In this document: in pieces, positions 8,903 to 18,066 of the stretch
Layout: each line of letters begins with the position of its first letter
Numbering within the stretch: the first letter of the stretch is position 1
DNA from: PVC group bacterium
Lineage (GTDB): Bacteria; Auribacterota; Erginobacteria; Erginobacterales; PUNC01
Reading direction: 5' to 3'
DNA: 60,741 nucleotides
Assembly (NCBI GenBank): GCA_003551625.1
Contig: PUNC01000243.1
Coordinates: 1-60,741 of the forward strand
Program-made: the position numbers and the translations under genes
Notes under the pieces: generated by a model
Database searches by the model: none
Seen by the model: only the letters and a program-made list of their open reading frames with translations
What the model was told of the DNA's origin: nothing

Positions 8903-10324
8903 TTAATCCGCCGCCTCCACGACCTCGATCATCGCGGGATCGTCGATCACGATCTGAACCTGATCCCGGTGAGTGTCCACCATTCCGGTGACCCGGACGG
9001 TTTTATTGAGGTAGTTGGCCCGGAGGGAGCCGAAGGCTTCGGTGTCGAAAATCGCCACGGTCAGCCGATCCCGGGAGTCGCGGTAGAAGTTCAGGCGGGA
9101 GGGGGCTCTGGTTCGGCTGATATAAACGTCGACGATCTGGCCTTCAACAACCACCGTTTCTCCCACCCGGTCCATCGCTTCTTCCGGCGTCACCACCGGG
9201 AGCTCCACATCCAGAATCTCGATGTCTTCGGGGGAACGCAGCATAATCTGTTTCTGTCCCCGGTGCTCGTCCACCCGGCCCCGGACGCGGACCTTCTGGT
9301 TTAAAAACCGGCTGGGGTCGCCAAAGCCGCGGTCGGCGCCCTCCCGGGTCAGGGGGAAGAAGGCGATGGTAAGGCTTTCGCGAAAATCGCGGTGCGTGTT
9401 CAATCTCACCGGGCCGGTCTGGCCGCGGGCGGCCGGATCGTAGAGATTGACGATCCTGGCCTCGACCACGACCTCCTGTCCCAGGCGGTCCATCGCCTCC
9501 CGCCAGGTCAGCGGTTCCGAAGGGTCGGCCTCCACTTCCACCTCCGCCTCTTCCGTCTCGATGATCTCGATGTCGTCGGGCGAGTTCAGCATAATCTGCT
9601 TCCGGCCCTGATAGTCGGCGACCCGGCCGCGGACGCGGACCACCTGGTTCAGAAACCGGTTGGGATCGCCGAAACCGCGGTCGGCGCCCTCCCGGGTCCG
9701 GGGGAAGTAAACAAAGGAGAGGCTTTCCCGGAAATCGCGGTGCGTGTTCAGGCTGACCGGTCCCGTGCGGCCGCGGGCCTCCGGGTCGTGAACCCCGACA
9801 ATCCGGGCCTCGACGGTGACGGTCTGCCCGACCCGGTCCATCGCCTCCTGCCAGGTCAGCGGCTCCGACGGATCGGAAGGTTCTTCCGGTTCCGCGTCCG
9901 CTTCCTCGACGCGCGAAGGCAGGGCGCCGACGATCTCGATATCGCCGGGAGAGCGGAGCATAATCTGTCTCCGCCCCTGGTGATCGGCCACCCGGCCGCG
10001 GACGCGGACTACTTGGTCGCGGAAACGTTCCGGGTCTCCGAAACCCTGCTCGGCGCCCGAACGGTCGCGCTTGAAGAAGACAAACGAAAGACTGGTGCGG
10101 TGGTCGTCGTCGGTATTCAGGCTCACCGGCCCGCTCCGGCCGTGTTCCTCGGGGTCGTAAACGTCGACAATCATCGCCTCGACGGTGACGGTCTGCCCGA
10201 CCCGGTCCATCGCCTCCTGCCAGGTCAGAGCCTCGCTCGCGGAACCGGCGGGCGGAAAGGACAGCAACGCGAAAGACAGCAGGCCGGCAAAGACGGCTCC
10301 AGCGGTTCTTCCGATAACGCTCAT
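8903..10324 (-). CDS. Secreted protein with four tandem OB-fold-like repeats
   Basis: Signal peptide MSVIGRTAGAVFAGLLSFALLSFPPAGSASEA. Then 4 repeats of LTWQEAMDRVGQTVTVEA.IV....GPV.LN......L..V.F......FGDP.RF..Q.VRVRGRV....G..QIML.SP.DIEI. GGGAGG sits 7 nt before the ATG. Confidence 0.8.
   Translation of the reverse strand: MSVIGRTAGAVFAGLLSFALLSFPPAGSASEALTWQEAMDRVGQTVTVEAMIVDVYDPEEHGRSGPVSLNTDDDHRTSLSFVFFKRDRSGAEQGFGDPERFRDQVVRVRGRVADHQGRRQIMLRSPGDIEIVGALPSRVEEADAEPEEPSDPSEPLTWQEAMDRVGQTVTVEARIVGVHDPEARGRTGPVSLNTHRDFRESLSFVYFPRTREGADRGFGDPNRFLNQVVRVRGRVADYQGRKQIMLNSPDDIEIIETEEAEVEVEADPSEPLTWREAMDRLGQEVVVEARIVNLYDPAARGQTGPVRLNTHRDFRESLTIAFFPLTREGADRGFGDPSRFLNQKVRVRGRVDEHRGQKQIMLRSPEDIEILDVELPVVTPEEAMDRVGETVVVEGQIVDVYISRTRAPSRLNFYRDSRDRLTVAIFDTEAFGSLRANYLNKTVRVTGMVDTHRDQVQIVIDDPAMIEVVEAAD
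8906..10228 (-). repeat. Intragenic tandem repeats (about 369, 348, 318 and 288 nt units)
   Basis: Units at 9860-10228, 9512-9859, 9194-9511 and 8906-9193. Units 1-3 are highly similar at DNA level (for example the recurring ccatcgcctcc.gccaggtcag). Unit 4 is divergent. Confidence 0.85.
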
Positions 10325-10493
10325 TTCAAACCTCCCGTGGATTTGGCTCCCGCTGAAAAGGGAGCTTCGAGCTTCTTGAGTTTTAATCTTGGCACGGCCC
10401 CCGGCGAATCCGGGGATGCCTGCCCGTTATAGTTTATCCCAACCTTCCGGGCGGCGCAAACCCTAACCCCGACCCAAGCAATTCGGCCCTTGA

Positions 10494-11573
10494 TCACGTG
10501 TGCACCTTCACCGGGGCGACGTTGTCGGGGTAATCCCGGGCGATCAGGTAGTCGATCTCGGCCAGCGAGGACTTGAGCAATCTGACTTTGTCGTTGTAGG
10601 GGAGGAAGGCGCTCTTGAATCCATTGATCAGGATGTCCCGGAGGGCGATCAGGCTGAGGTTGAAGTGGCGGCAGGCGATATGGAGTTCCTTGCTCACGGT
10701 GGTATTGGATATCAGGCGGTTATCGGTGTTCAGGGTGACCCTGACCCCGTATTCGTAGTAATACTTGAAGGGGTGATCGCTCATTTTTTTGACCACTCCG
10801 GTCTGCAGGTTGCTGGAGAGGCATAGTTCCAGGGGGATCCGGTGGTCGGTGACATAGTTGAGGAGTTCCGCGTCCTCCCTCAGCCTCACCCCGTGGCCGA
10901 TCCGGTGGGCCCCGCAGTAATGCAGGGCCTGAGCGATGGAACCGGGCCCGAAAGCTTCCCCGGCGTGAACCGTGGAGTTGATATTCTGATTAATAATCAG
11001 GTTGAAGGCCCGGCGGTGATTTTTGGCCGGAAAATCCTTCTCGGCGCCGGCCAGGTCGAATCCCACCACTCCCCGCCGCTTGTAAGCCACCGCCAACTCG
11101 GCCAGCTGGTAGGAAAGACGGGGCGTGATGTGGCGGATACCGCAGAGGATCAATCCGGTTCTGATCCCGAAATCCCGCTCGGCTTTTTTCAGCCCGGCGT
11201 TCACGCTTTCCACCACTTCCGGCAGTTTCAGCTTCTCCTCCAGGTGCAGCAGGGGGGAGTAGCGAACCTCGACATACTTGACGTTCTCGGCGGCGCAGTC
11301 TTCGGCCAGCTCATACGCCGTCCTCATCAACGCTTCCCGCGTCTGCAGGACCGAAAGGGTGATCTCGAAATTCTTCAGGTATTCCACCAGGCTCCGGTAT
11401 TTCTTCCCCGGCTTGAGCAGCTTCTTGATCTCCGCGGAAGAATACCTCCTCTTCCCTTTCCGGGCGGGCAGGTCCCGGGCCAGTTCCAGGACCGTCTCCA
11501 TTCTCAACGATCCGTCCAGGTGGACGTGCAGGTCCACCTTGGGCAGCTTTTTGATGAATTCCAGGGTGATCAT
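10494..11573 (-). CDS. add: Adenosine deaminase
   Basis: LPKVDLHVHLDGSL, VKYVEVRYSP, HAGEAFG, LNTDNRLISNT. Confidence 0.92.
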   Translation of the reverse strand: MITLEFIKKLPKVDLHVHLDGSLRMETVLELARDLPARKGKRRYSSAEIKKLLKPGKKYRSLVEYLKNFEITLSVLQTREALMRTAYELAEDCAAENVKYVEVRYSPLLHLEEKLKLPEVVESVNAGLKKAERDFGIRTGLILCGIRHITPRLSYQLAELAVAYKRRGVVGFDLAGAEKDFPAKNHRRAFNLIINQNINSTVHAGEAFGPGSIAQALHYCGAHRIGHGVRLREDAELLNYVTDHRIPLELCLSSNLQTGVVKKMSDHPFKYYYEYGVRVTLNTDNRLISNTTVSKELHIACRHFNLSLIALRDILINGFKSAFLPYNDKVRLLKSSLAEIDYLIARDYPDNVAPVKVHT

Positions 11574-11595
11574 CGGCGTTTCCCGGGTTTAAGGT

Positions 11596-11613
11596 TTCAT
11601 CGCGCGCCCTTCG
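11596..11613. other. Perfect 18-nt GC-rich palindrome (stem-loop) between the kinase-like gene and add
   Basis: gcccttcggccgaagggc is its own reverse complement. There is no convincing U-run on the minus strand, so a terminator role is uncertain. Confidence 0.4.
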
Positions 11614-11696
11614 GCCGAAGGGCCTTTTGGCCGGGCATTTTACCAGCAAATACGCGGCAGGGCAAGACTTGGAAGACGCGAAGCGGCCGCGGCCGG

Positions 11697-13340
11697 CTAT
11701 ACGTTCCGGCCGGGGGGGATGAAATCGCGCAGTACCGAACCTTCGGGAACCAGGGCGGGGTCCAGGGGGCTGACGAATTTCAAGAAATCCCGGAAACGGT
11801 CCACCTCCAGGCGGGCCTGGGGGTCTTCCCGGGCTTTTTCGAGCAGTGGCCCGGCCAGCTTCTTCAGGACCGCCGGTTCGTAGGCCAGGGCGGTATTGAA
11901 GACCAGATCGGCGGCATCCTGAAAGGGGAGGATCCGGCGGTTCTCGTATCTCCGCACCACCGACCAGGAAAGCACCGAATCGGCCGGACGGCGGCAGGAG
12001 AGAACCCGGCCCTTGGCGATCCAGCGGAGACAACGCAAATCGGAGGAGAAGATCCGGTTGTGATTGTCGATCAGGATCTGGGGGAAGCAGGTGACAAAAA
12101 CCGCGCGCGTGTCGGTGCGGCGAAGAACCGGGTAAAGTTCGCGGTCCAGCCCCTCGTTGAGGCCGACCAGCAGAATCGAATCTTCCGGGAGGCGGAAAAG
12201 GGTCCCCGCTTTTCCGGAGGTGGCGGGGAAAGAAACCTCCCGGCCCAGGATCAGATCCCTCAGGAAAAGGCTGAACTTTTCGCCCCCCCGCTTTCCGGCC
12301 GGTTCCGGGGACGAAAGCGCGGCCAGATATCCCGGAGGATGAAACTCCGATTCGCGGATCAGCCGGCAGGACCGCCCGGCGGCCCGGAGATCTTCCGCCA
12401 GGCGCCGGCAGAAACGGTCGGTCCCGGAGGAGGCCAGCCCGCAGACGGCGATCGCCTTGAGGCGGTTGCCGACGTCAAGCTCACGGACCAGGTCCTTGAG
12501 CCGTTGATCGAAGGCCTCCTCGGAGGCCGAGACCGTCTTCTCCGCCTCTCCGGAGGAGATCAGGCGGTTGAGGTCCCCCACGGTCTCGATCCCGATATTT
12601 TTGTTGGCGTTCCTGGTCTCGCGGTAGGCGCCGAACAGCTTGGCGTTCCGGCGGGTCAGCTTGAGTTTCCCCCTTCGGGTCGCCCAGGAAGGAAACCGCT
12701 GAAGCTCGTCGAGAGTGGGAAAGCGCAGAACCATCCCGTCCCGGTAAGGAACCAGGGAGAATTCGCCTATCAGCCCGCTCGTGGGGGCGAAGGGTCCGAG
12801 ACGGATCTCCAGAAATTCCCCGTAACCGGCCAGCGTGATCCGGGGAAAATCGGCCGCCCGGAGCAGGGCCGCCTTGTCGGGAAAGCCGGTATGCCGGTAA
12901 TAATCCTCCGCCGCAGTCGGCGAAACCCGGAGAAGGGAAAGCGGCAGATCGAATTCCACCAGCCTTTTCATCTCCCGCTCGACTTTGAAAACATCAAGTT
13001 CGGTCGGAGAGAGGCCGGAGGAGAGAGCGAAATAATACCCTTCCGATATGGAAGGACCGATCACCAGGCGGTCGCGGGGGAAAAGGTTGAGGAACGCCTC
13101 GATGAGGAGGAGGGCCGCGCTGCGGCGGTAAATGCTGAAACCGCTGAAGTCGTTGTAGGCGACCGGTTTCAGGTCGCTGTCGGATTCCAGGACGAAATCG
13201 TGGTCCCGAAGGCGTCCGTCCACGATCGCTCCCAGCGGGGGAAAGGTCGAGCGCGAAGCCAGGCGCCGGAGAACCCGGCCCAGCGTGGTCCCGGCCGGAA
13301 GGCGCTCGGCCTTCCCTTCGATATTTACCCTGACATTCAT
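11697..13340 (-). CDS. TGS / ThrRS-SAD-like / uridine-kinase-like protein with degenerate P-loop
   Basis: N-terminus MNVRVNIEGKAERLPAGTTLGRVL (TGS-like). Then a ThrRS second-additional-domain-like region. Then a PRK/uridine-kinase-like C-terminal half in which the Walker A position reads CGLASSGTD (12417-12443). ATG 13340 is preferred over the track TTG at 13367. Confidence 0.7.
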   Translation of the reverse strand: MNVRVNIEGKAERLPAGTTLGRVLRRLASRSTFPPLGAIVDGRLRDHDFVLESDSDLKPVAYNDFSGFSIYRRSAALLLIEAFLNLFPRDRLVIGPSISEGYYFALSSGLSPTELDVFKVEREMKRLVEFDLPLSLLRVSPTAAEDYYRHTGFPDKAALLRAADFPRITLAGYGEFLEIRLGPFAPTSGLIGEFSLVPYRDGMVLRFPTLDELQRFPSWATRRGKLKLTRRNAKLFGAYRETRNANKNIGIETVGDLNRLISSGEAEKTVSASEEAFDQRLKDLVRELDVGNRLKAIAVCGLASSGTDRFCRRLAEDLRAAGRSCRLIRESEFHPPGYLAALSSPEPAGKRGGEKFSLFLRDLILGREVSFPATSGKAGTLFRLPEDSILLVGLNEGLDRELYPVLRRTDTRAVFVTCFPQILIDNHNRIFSSDLRCLRWIAKGRVLSCRRPADSVLSWSVVRRYENRRILPFQDAADLVFNTALAYEPAVLKKLAGPLLEKAREDPQARLEVDRFRDFLKFVSPLDPALVPEGSVLRDFIPPGRNV

Positions 13341-13374
13341 CGGCTTATTCTCTTCGATCAAATCCAAAACGGCG

Positions 13375-13402
13375 ATTATACCCGAGATTCTCCTCCCGGC
13401 AA
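13375..13402 (-). promoter_or_regulatory. Candidate sigma70-type promoter (TTGCCG-16-TATAAT)
   Basis: The minus strand reads gataactgTTGCCGggaggagaatctcgggTATAATcgcc, about 35 nt upstream of ATG 13340. Confidence 0.35.
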
Positions 13403-13506
13403 CAGTTATCGGCCGCCGGCGCCGACGGACGGAGGTTTGACCTTGCCATCGTCGGGATGATCAATGATAATCTCCTGCTGCGCGAAACGAACGCGATCTT
13501 GCGTCG

Positions 13507-15702
13507 ATGAACCCGATCAAATCGAAAAAGGTTAACGATTTTTACGAAGCGCTGCTCCGGGACCTGATCCGGCCGGACGAGGCCGCCTTCCGGCAGGACC
13601 GGATCCGGATCCAGGTGGGAAGCGCCACCTGTGAGCTGGCCGCCGGAGCCGGGGAGGTGCTCGACGAGCTGAAGAAACACATCGCCGCTTCCGAGCGCGA
13701 CGATATCGTGGTGCGGGAGGTCGGCTGCACCGGGCGCTGCAGCCGCGAACCCCTGCTCGGGGTGGTCATTCCCGGCCGGATGCCGGTGACCTACGAAAAA
13801 GCCGACCGGGAACTCGTCCACCGCGTATTTATCGAGCACGTCCAGGGCGGCCGGCCGCTCTACGAGAATATGCTCGACGGTCCCGGCCGGCAGATCTCCC
13901 GCCGCGAGGTCCTCTTCTGCCGGTCCCGCCGCTGCCTCCGACCGGATGGGGCCGGCTGGGAACGGGACTTCCGGGATATGCTCGACCGGTCCGGAATCAG
14001 CCGCGAGGAGATCGACATCCTTTCCGCCAGCTGCTTCGGCGCCTGCCGGGGCGAGGCCGCGACCGACGCCTCCACCATTCTGGTCCGCCCCGACAAGGTG
14101 CTCTACCGGATCAGGAACCGCTCCGACCTGGAAGAGATCATCGAATCCCATCTCCGCCGCGGTGAGGTGGTCGAAAGACTGCGCTGGAAGCTACCCCCGC
14201 TGAACCGCAGTTTCTTCGATCTTTACGGCGACGTCGCCTTCTTCAACCGCCAGAGCCGGGTTTCGCTGAGAAACAGCGGGGTGCTGGATCCCGAGAGCCT
14301 GGCCGAGTACGTGAACTTCCGGGGCTTCCGGGCGCTGGCGGTGGCGCTGGGCGGCGGAGATCCGTTGTGGGTGATCGACCAGGTCAGCCGCGCGCGGCTC
14401 CGGGGCCGAGGCGGGGCCGGTTACCCCACCGGACAGAAGTGGATCGACACCCGGGAGCCGGCGGCCGAGAACAGGTATATCGTCTGCAACGCCGACGAGG
14501 GGGATCCGGGCGCTTTTATGAACCGTTCGATGCTGGAGTCGGACCCCTTCAATATCGTGGAGGGGATGATCATCGGGGGCTTCGCGATCGGGGCGAAGAA
14601 GGGTTTCTTCTACATCCGCGCCGAATATCCCCTGGCGATCGCGCGGATCCAGAAGGCGATCGACATCTGCCGGGAAAAAAGGCTGCTGGGAAAGAACATT
14701 ATGGATTCCGGTTTCGATTTCGAGATCGAGATCCGGTTGGGGGCCGGGGCCTTCGTCTGCGGGGAGGAGACCGCCTTGATCCACTCGATCGAGGGCGAGC
14801 GGGGGCAGCCCCGCATCCGCCCCCCCTACCCTTCCGAGCGGGGCCTGTGGGGAGAACCGACGGCCATCAACAACGTGGAAACGCTAGCCGGCGTGACCGG
14901 GATCATCAACTACGGGTGCGACTGGTTCCGAAGCCTGGGGACCGATAAAAGCGGAGGGACCAAGGTCTTCGCCCTGGCCGGCACCATCCGCCATACCGGG
15001 CTGGTCGAGGTCCCGCTGGGAACCACGCTCAAGGAGATCGTCTTCGAAATCGGAGGCGGTATGCCCGAGGGAAGCGAATTCAAGGCGGTCCAGACCGGAG
15101 GGCCCGCCGGCGGGTGTCTGCCGCTGGAGTTGATCGACCTCCCCGTGGATTATGACAGTCTCAACCGGGCCGGCACCATTATGGGCAGCGGGGGGATGAT
15201 CGTCCTCGGACAAAACGATTGTATGGTGGACATCGCCAAGTATTACCTGTCTTTTTCCCAGGACGAATCCTGCGGCAAGTGCTCCCCCTGCCGGGAGGGG
15301 ACCACCCGAATGCTGGAGATACTGGAGAAGATATCCGCCGGGCGGGGAACCCGCCGGGAGATCGAGAACCTCGAGCGGCTGGCGAAACTGGTCAAAAAAA
15401 GCTCGCTCTGCGGGCTGGGCCGGGCCGCCCCCAATCCGGTATTGAGCACGTTGACCCACTTCCGGGACGAATACCTGGCCCACGTCGACGACAAGCGCTG
15501 CCCCGCCGGCAGGTGCACCGGCCTGCTCCGCTATTCGGTGGACCCGGAAAGCTGCGTCGGTTGCGGCCTCTGCGCCCGCGACTGCCCGGCCGCCTGTATC
15601 TCCGGCGAAAAACGCCGGCCCCACGAGATCGACCAGGAACGCTGTATCAAGTGCGGCCGCTGCCTGGAGGTCTGCCGCTTCCAGGCGGTGAAGGTCTCCT
15701 GA
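13507..15702 (+). CDS. hydB: [FeFe]-hydrogenase flavoprotein subunit (NuoF-like, HydB/HndC type)
   Basis: Two N-terminal thioredoxin-like modules. NuoF core (GRGGAGYPTGQKW, NADEGDPGAF, SLCGLG). C-terminal 2x[4Fe-4S] region (CVGCGLCARDCP, CIKCGRCLEVC). Confidence 0.9.
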   Translation: MNPIKSKKVNDFYEALLRDLIRPDEAAFRQDRIRIQVGSATCELAAGAGEVLDELKKHIAASERDDIVVREVGCTGRCSREPLLGVVIPGRMPVTYEKADRELVHRVFIEHVQGGRPLYENMLDGPGRQISRREVLFCRSRRCLRPDGAGWERDFRDMLDRSGISREEIDILSASCFGACRGEAATDASTILVRPDKVLYRIRNRSDLEEIIESHLRRGEVVERLRWKLPPLNRSFFDLYGDVAFFNRQSRVSLRNSGVLDPESLAEYVNFRGFRALAVALGGGDPLWVIDQVSRARLRGRGGAGYPTGQKWIDTREPAAENRYIVCNADEGDPGAFMNRSMLESDPFNIVEGMIIGGFAIGAKKGFFYIRAEYPLAIARIQKAIDICREKRLLGKNIMDSGFDFEIEIRLGAGAFVCGEETALIHSIEGERGQPRIRPPYPSERGLWGEPTAINNVETLAGVTGIINYGCDWFRSLGTDKSGGTKVFALAGTIRHTGLVEVPLGTTLKEIVFEIGGGMPEGSEFKAVQTGGPAGGCLPLELIDLPVDYDSLNRAGTIMGSGGMIVLGQNDCMVDIAKYYLSFSQDESCGKCSPCREGTTRMLEILEKISAGRGTRREIENLERLAKLVKKSSLCGLGRAAPNPVLSTLTHFRDEYLAHVDDKRCPAGRCTGLLRYSVDPESCVGCGLCARDCPAACISGEKRRPHEIDQERCIKCGRCLEVCRFQAVKVS

Positions 15703-15709
15703 AACTTAT

Positions 15710-17491
15710 ATGAAGACGGATCAAGGAAACAGCGAAAGCGCGACCGTCCGGCTGACCATCGACGGGCAGCGGGTGGAGGTCCCCGATGGCTCCGTGGTGC
15801 TCCAGGCCGCCGAGAAGATCGGGATCAAGATCCCCCGGCTCTGCTATCATCCCGACCTGAGCCTGGAAGGCGCTTGCCGGGTCTGCATCGTGGAGGTGGA
15901 GGGGATCGACTTTTACGTCGCCTCCTGCAGCGTCCCGGTCCGGGAGGGAATGGTGGTGGCTACCAACTCGCCGGCGATCCGCCGGGCCCGGCGGGACATC
16001 GTGGAGCTGCTGCTGGACAACCACCCCCGGGACTGCCAGACCTGCGAGCGGGACGGAAACTGCGAACTCCAGAACCTGGCCTACGCGATGGGGGTCCGGG
16101 AAAGGCTGTTCGAGGGAAGAAGAAAGAACCCGACCGCGGACGAATCCGGCAGCGCGGTGGTCCGGCACCCCGAAAAGTGCATCCTCTGCGGACGCTGCGT
16201 CCGCGTCTGCTCCGAGATCCAGGGCGTCTTCAACCTCAGCCAGCACTACCGGGGTTTCAACACCGTGGTCGGACCGGCCGAACTCGGGCCGATGGACGAG
16301 TCGGTCTGTATCCAGTGCGGCCAGTGCATCAACGTCTGCCCCACCGCCGCTTTTCTGGAAAAAAACAACACCGAGGCGGTCTGGGCGGCGCTGGCCGATC
16401 CCGAAGTTCACGTGGTGGTCCAGACCGCCCCTTCGATCCGGGCCGCCATCGGGGAAGGATTCGGCCTTCCGGTGGGAACCCCGGCCACCGGAAAAATGAT
16501 CACCGCCCTGAGAAGACTCGGCTTCGACGCCGTCTTCGACACCAACCTGGGCGCCGACCTCACGATTGTCGAGGAGGCTCACGAATTGGTCCGGAGGCTC
16601 GAGGGCGGCGGGCCGCTGCCGCTGCTGACCTCCTGCTCGCCCGGCTGGATCAACTTCCTGGAAAAGTTCTACCCGGAACTGATCGAGCACGCCTCCACCT
16701 GCAAGTCGCCGATGAGTATGCTTTCGACCCTGGTCAGGGAGTATTACGCCCCCCGCCACAAGATCGATCCGAAACGGATCTTCTCGGTGGCGGTTATGCC
16801 CTGCGTCGCCAAGAAATACGAGGCCGCCCGTCCGGAGCATCTCGCCCCCGACGGTCGCCCCTACACCGACGCGGTTCTCACCACGCGGGAGTTGATCTGG
16901 ATGATCCAGTGCTACGGCATCGACTTTTCCCGGCTGCCGAACGATCTCTTCGACCGCCCCCTGGGGCTCTCGTCCGGCGCCGGCGACATTTTCGGAACCA
17001 CCGGGGGGGTGACCGAAGCCGCCCTGCGCACCGCCGCCGAGATGGTCGGCGGCGAGACCGTCGGACGGATCGAATTCCTCTCCGTCCGGGGCGTGGAGGG
17101 GCTGAAGGAGGCGCCGGTCCGCCTGGGAGACAAGGAACTTCTGGTCGCGGTGGCCAACGGCCTCAACAATGCCAAACGGGCGCTGGAAGCGGCGGCGGCA
17201 GGCCGCCGCCGGTATCACCTGGTCGAAGTTATGGCCTGTCCGGGCGGCTGTATCGGCGGCGGCGGCCAGCCCTACCCGCCGCGGGGGACCAAGATTCTCG
17301 ATCCCGAAATTCTCCAGCGCCGGGCGGCGGCGCTCTACCAGATCGACGACAACAAGCAGCTGCGCCGGTCCCACGATAACCCCGCGGTCAAAGAGCTTTA
17401 CGCCGACTTTCTCGGCCGGCCCGGGGGCGAAGTTTCCCACCGCCTGCTTCACACCGAATACCGGGCCCGGGAACCGAGGGGAATCAGATGA
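15710..17491 (+). CDS. hydA: [FeFe]-hydrogenase catalytic subunit (M3-type with C-terminal SSU-like tail)
   Basis: 2Fe-2S N-terminus (CYHPDLSLEGACRVC). HPRDCQTCERDGNCELQ. Two ferredoxin motifs. H-cluster motifs TSCSPGW (non-canonical), MPCVAKKYE and EVMACPGGCIGGGGQP. Confidence 0.92.
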   Translation: MKTDQGNSESATVRLTIDGQRVEVPDGSVVLQAAEKIGIKIPRLCYHPDLSLEGACRVCIVEVEGIDFYVASCSVPVREGMVVATNSPAIRRARRDIVELLLDNHPRDCQTCERDGNCELQNLAYAMGVRERLFEGRRKNPTADESGSAVVRHPEKCILCGRCVRVCSEIQGVFNLSQHYRGFNTVVGPAELGPMDESVCIQCGQCINVCPTAAFLEKNNTEAVWAALADPEVHVVVQTAPSIRAAIGEGFGLPVGTPATGKMITALRRLGFDAVFDTNLGADLTIVEEAHELVRRLEGGGPLPLLTSCSPGWINFLEKFYPELIEHASTCKSPMSMLSTLVREYYAPRHKIDPKRIFSVAVMPCVAKKYEAARPEHLAPDGRPYTDAVLTTRELIWMIQCYGIDFSRLPNDLFDRPLGLSSGAGDIFGTTGGVTEAALRTAAEMVGGETVGRIEFLSVRGVEGLKEAPVRLGDKELLVAVANGLNNAKRALEAAAAGRRRYHLVEVMACPGGCIGGGGQPYPPRGTKILDPEILQRRAAALYQIDDNKQLRRSHDNPAVKELYADFLGRPGGEVSHRLLHTEYRAREPRGIR

Positions 17492-18039
17492 ATCGATCCT
17501 CCACCGACAACTGGCCCGCGGTCCGGGAAGCCAGCCGGAAGGCGCTTCCCCCGGCGGTACTTGATTTTATCGAGGAGTGCCGGGAGAGGGAACATCCCAA
17601 AAGCGCCCTCATCGCCGTGCTCCACCGCGTCCAGGACGAATGCGGACACCTGGGAAGAGACCAGCTCAACGCGGTGGCCCAGCTCCTCCAGGTCCCGACC
17701 GCCCGGGTTTACGGCGCCGCCACCTTCTACCACTTCTTCCGGCTGCGCCCGCGGGGCCGTTTCCTGATCAGCGTCTGCCTGGGCACGGCCTGCTACGTCA
17801 AGGGGGCCGACCAGGTCAACCGCCGCCTGATGGAGGAACTCGGGGTCGGGCTCGGCGAGACGACGGCCGACGGCCTGTTCAGCCTGGAGACCACCCGCTG
17901 CCTGGGGACCTGCGGATTGGCGCCGGTGATAATGATCAACGACAACGTCCACGGACCCCTCAAACCCGACGATATCCCCGGACTGCTGGAGAGATACATC
18001 CAACGGGCCCGGAAGGAAGAGGCGGGAGGCAAAACGTGA
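17488..18039 (+). CDS. hydC: [FeFe]-hydrogenase NuoE-like 2Fe-2S subunit (HydC/HndA type)
   Basis: CLGTACYVKGA .. TRCLGTCGLAPV. ATGA overlap with the hydA stop. Confidence 0.88.
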   Translation: MNRSSTDNWPAVREASRKALPPAVLDFIEECREREHPKSALIAVLHRVQDECGHLGRDQLNAVAQLLQVPTARVYGAATFYHFFRLRPRGRFLISVCLGTACYVKGADQVNRRLMEELGVGLGETTADGLFSLETTRCLGTCGLAPVIMINDNVHGPLKPDDIPGLLERYIQRARKEEAGGKT

Positions 18040-18066
18040 TCCCTAAACCGGGAAAGGAGCGGCGGA

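Noticed and set aside
10842-13460. 872-aa plus-strand ORF, the second-longest in the track
   Set aside because: It lies entirely antisense to add and the TGS/kinase-like gene. Its composition is dominated by G/P/R/E/Q with no recognisable motif. This is the typical shadow ORF of a high-GC genome, where stop codons are rare on the antisense strand.
13437-13471. TTGACC ... GATAAT upstream of hydB as a promoter
   Set aside because: The spacer is 23 nt, far outside the 16-18 nt range. No better-spaced pair was found, so the hydB promoter is left unassigned.
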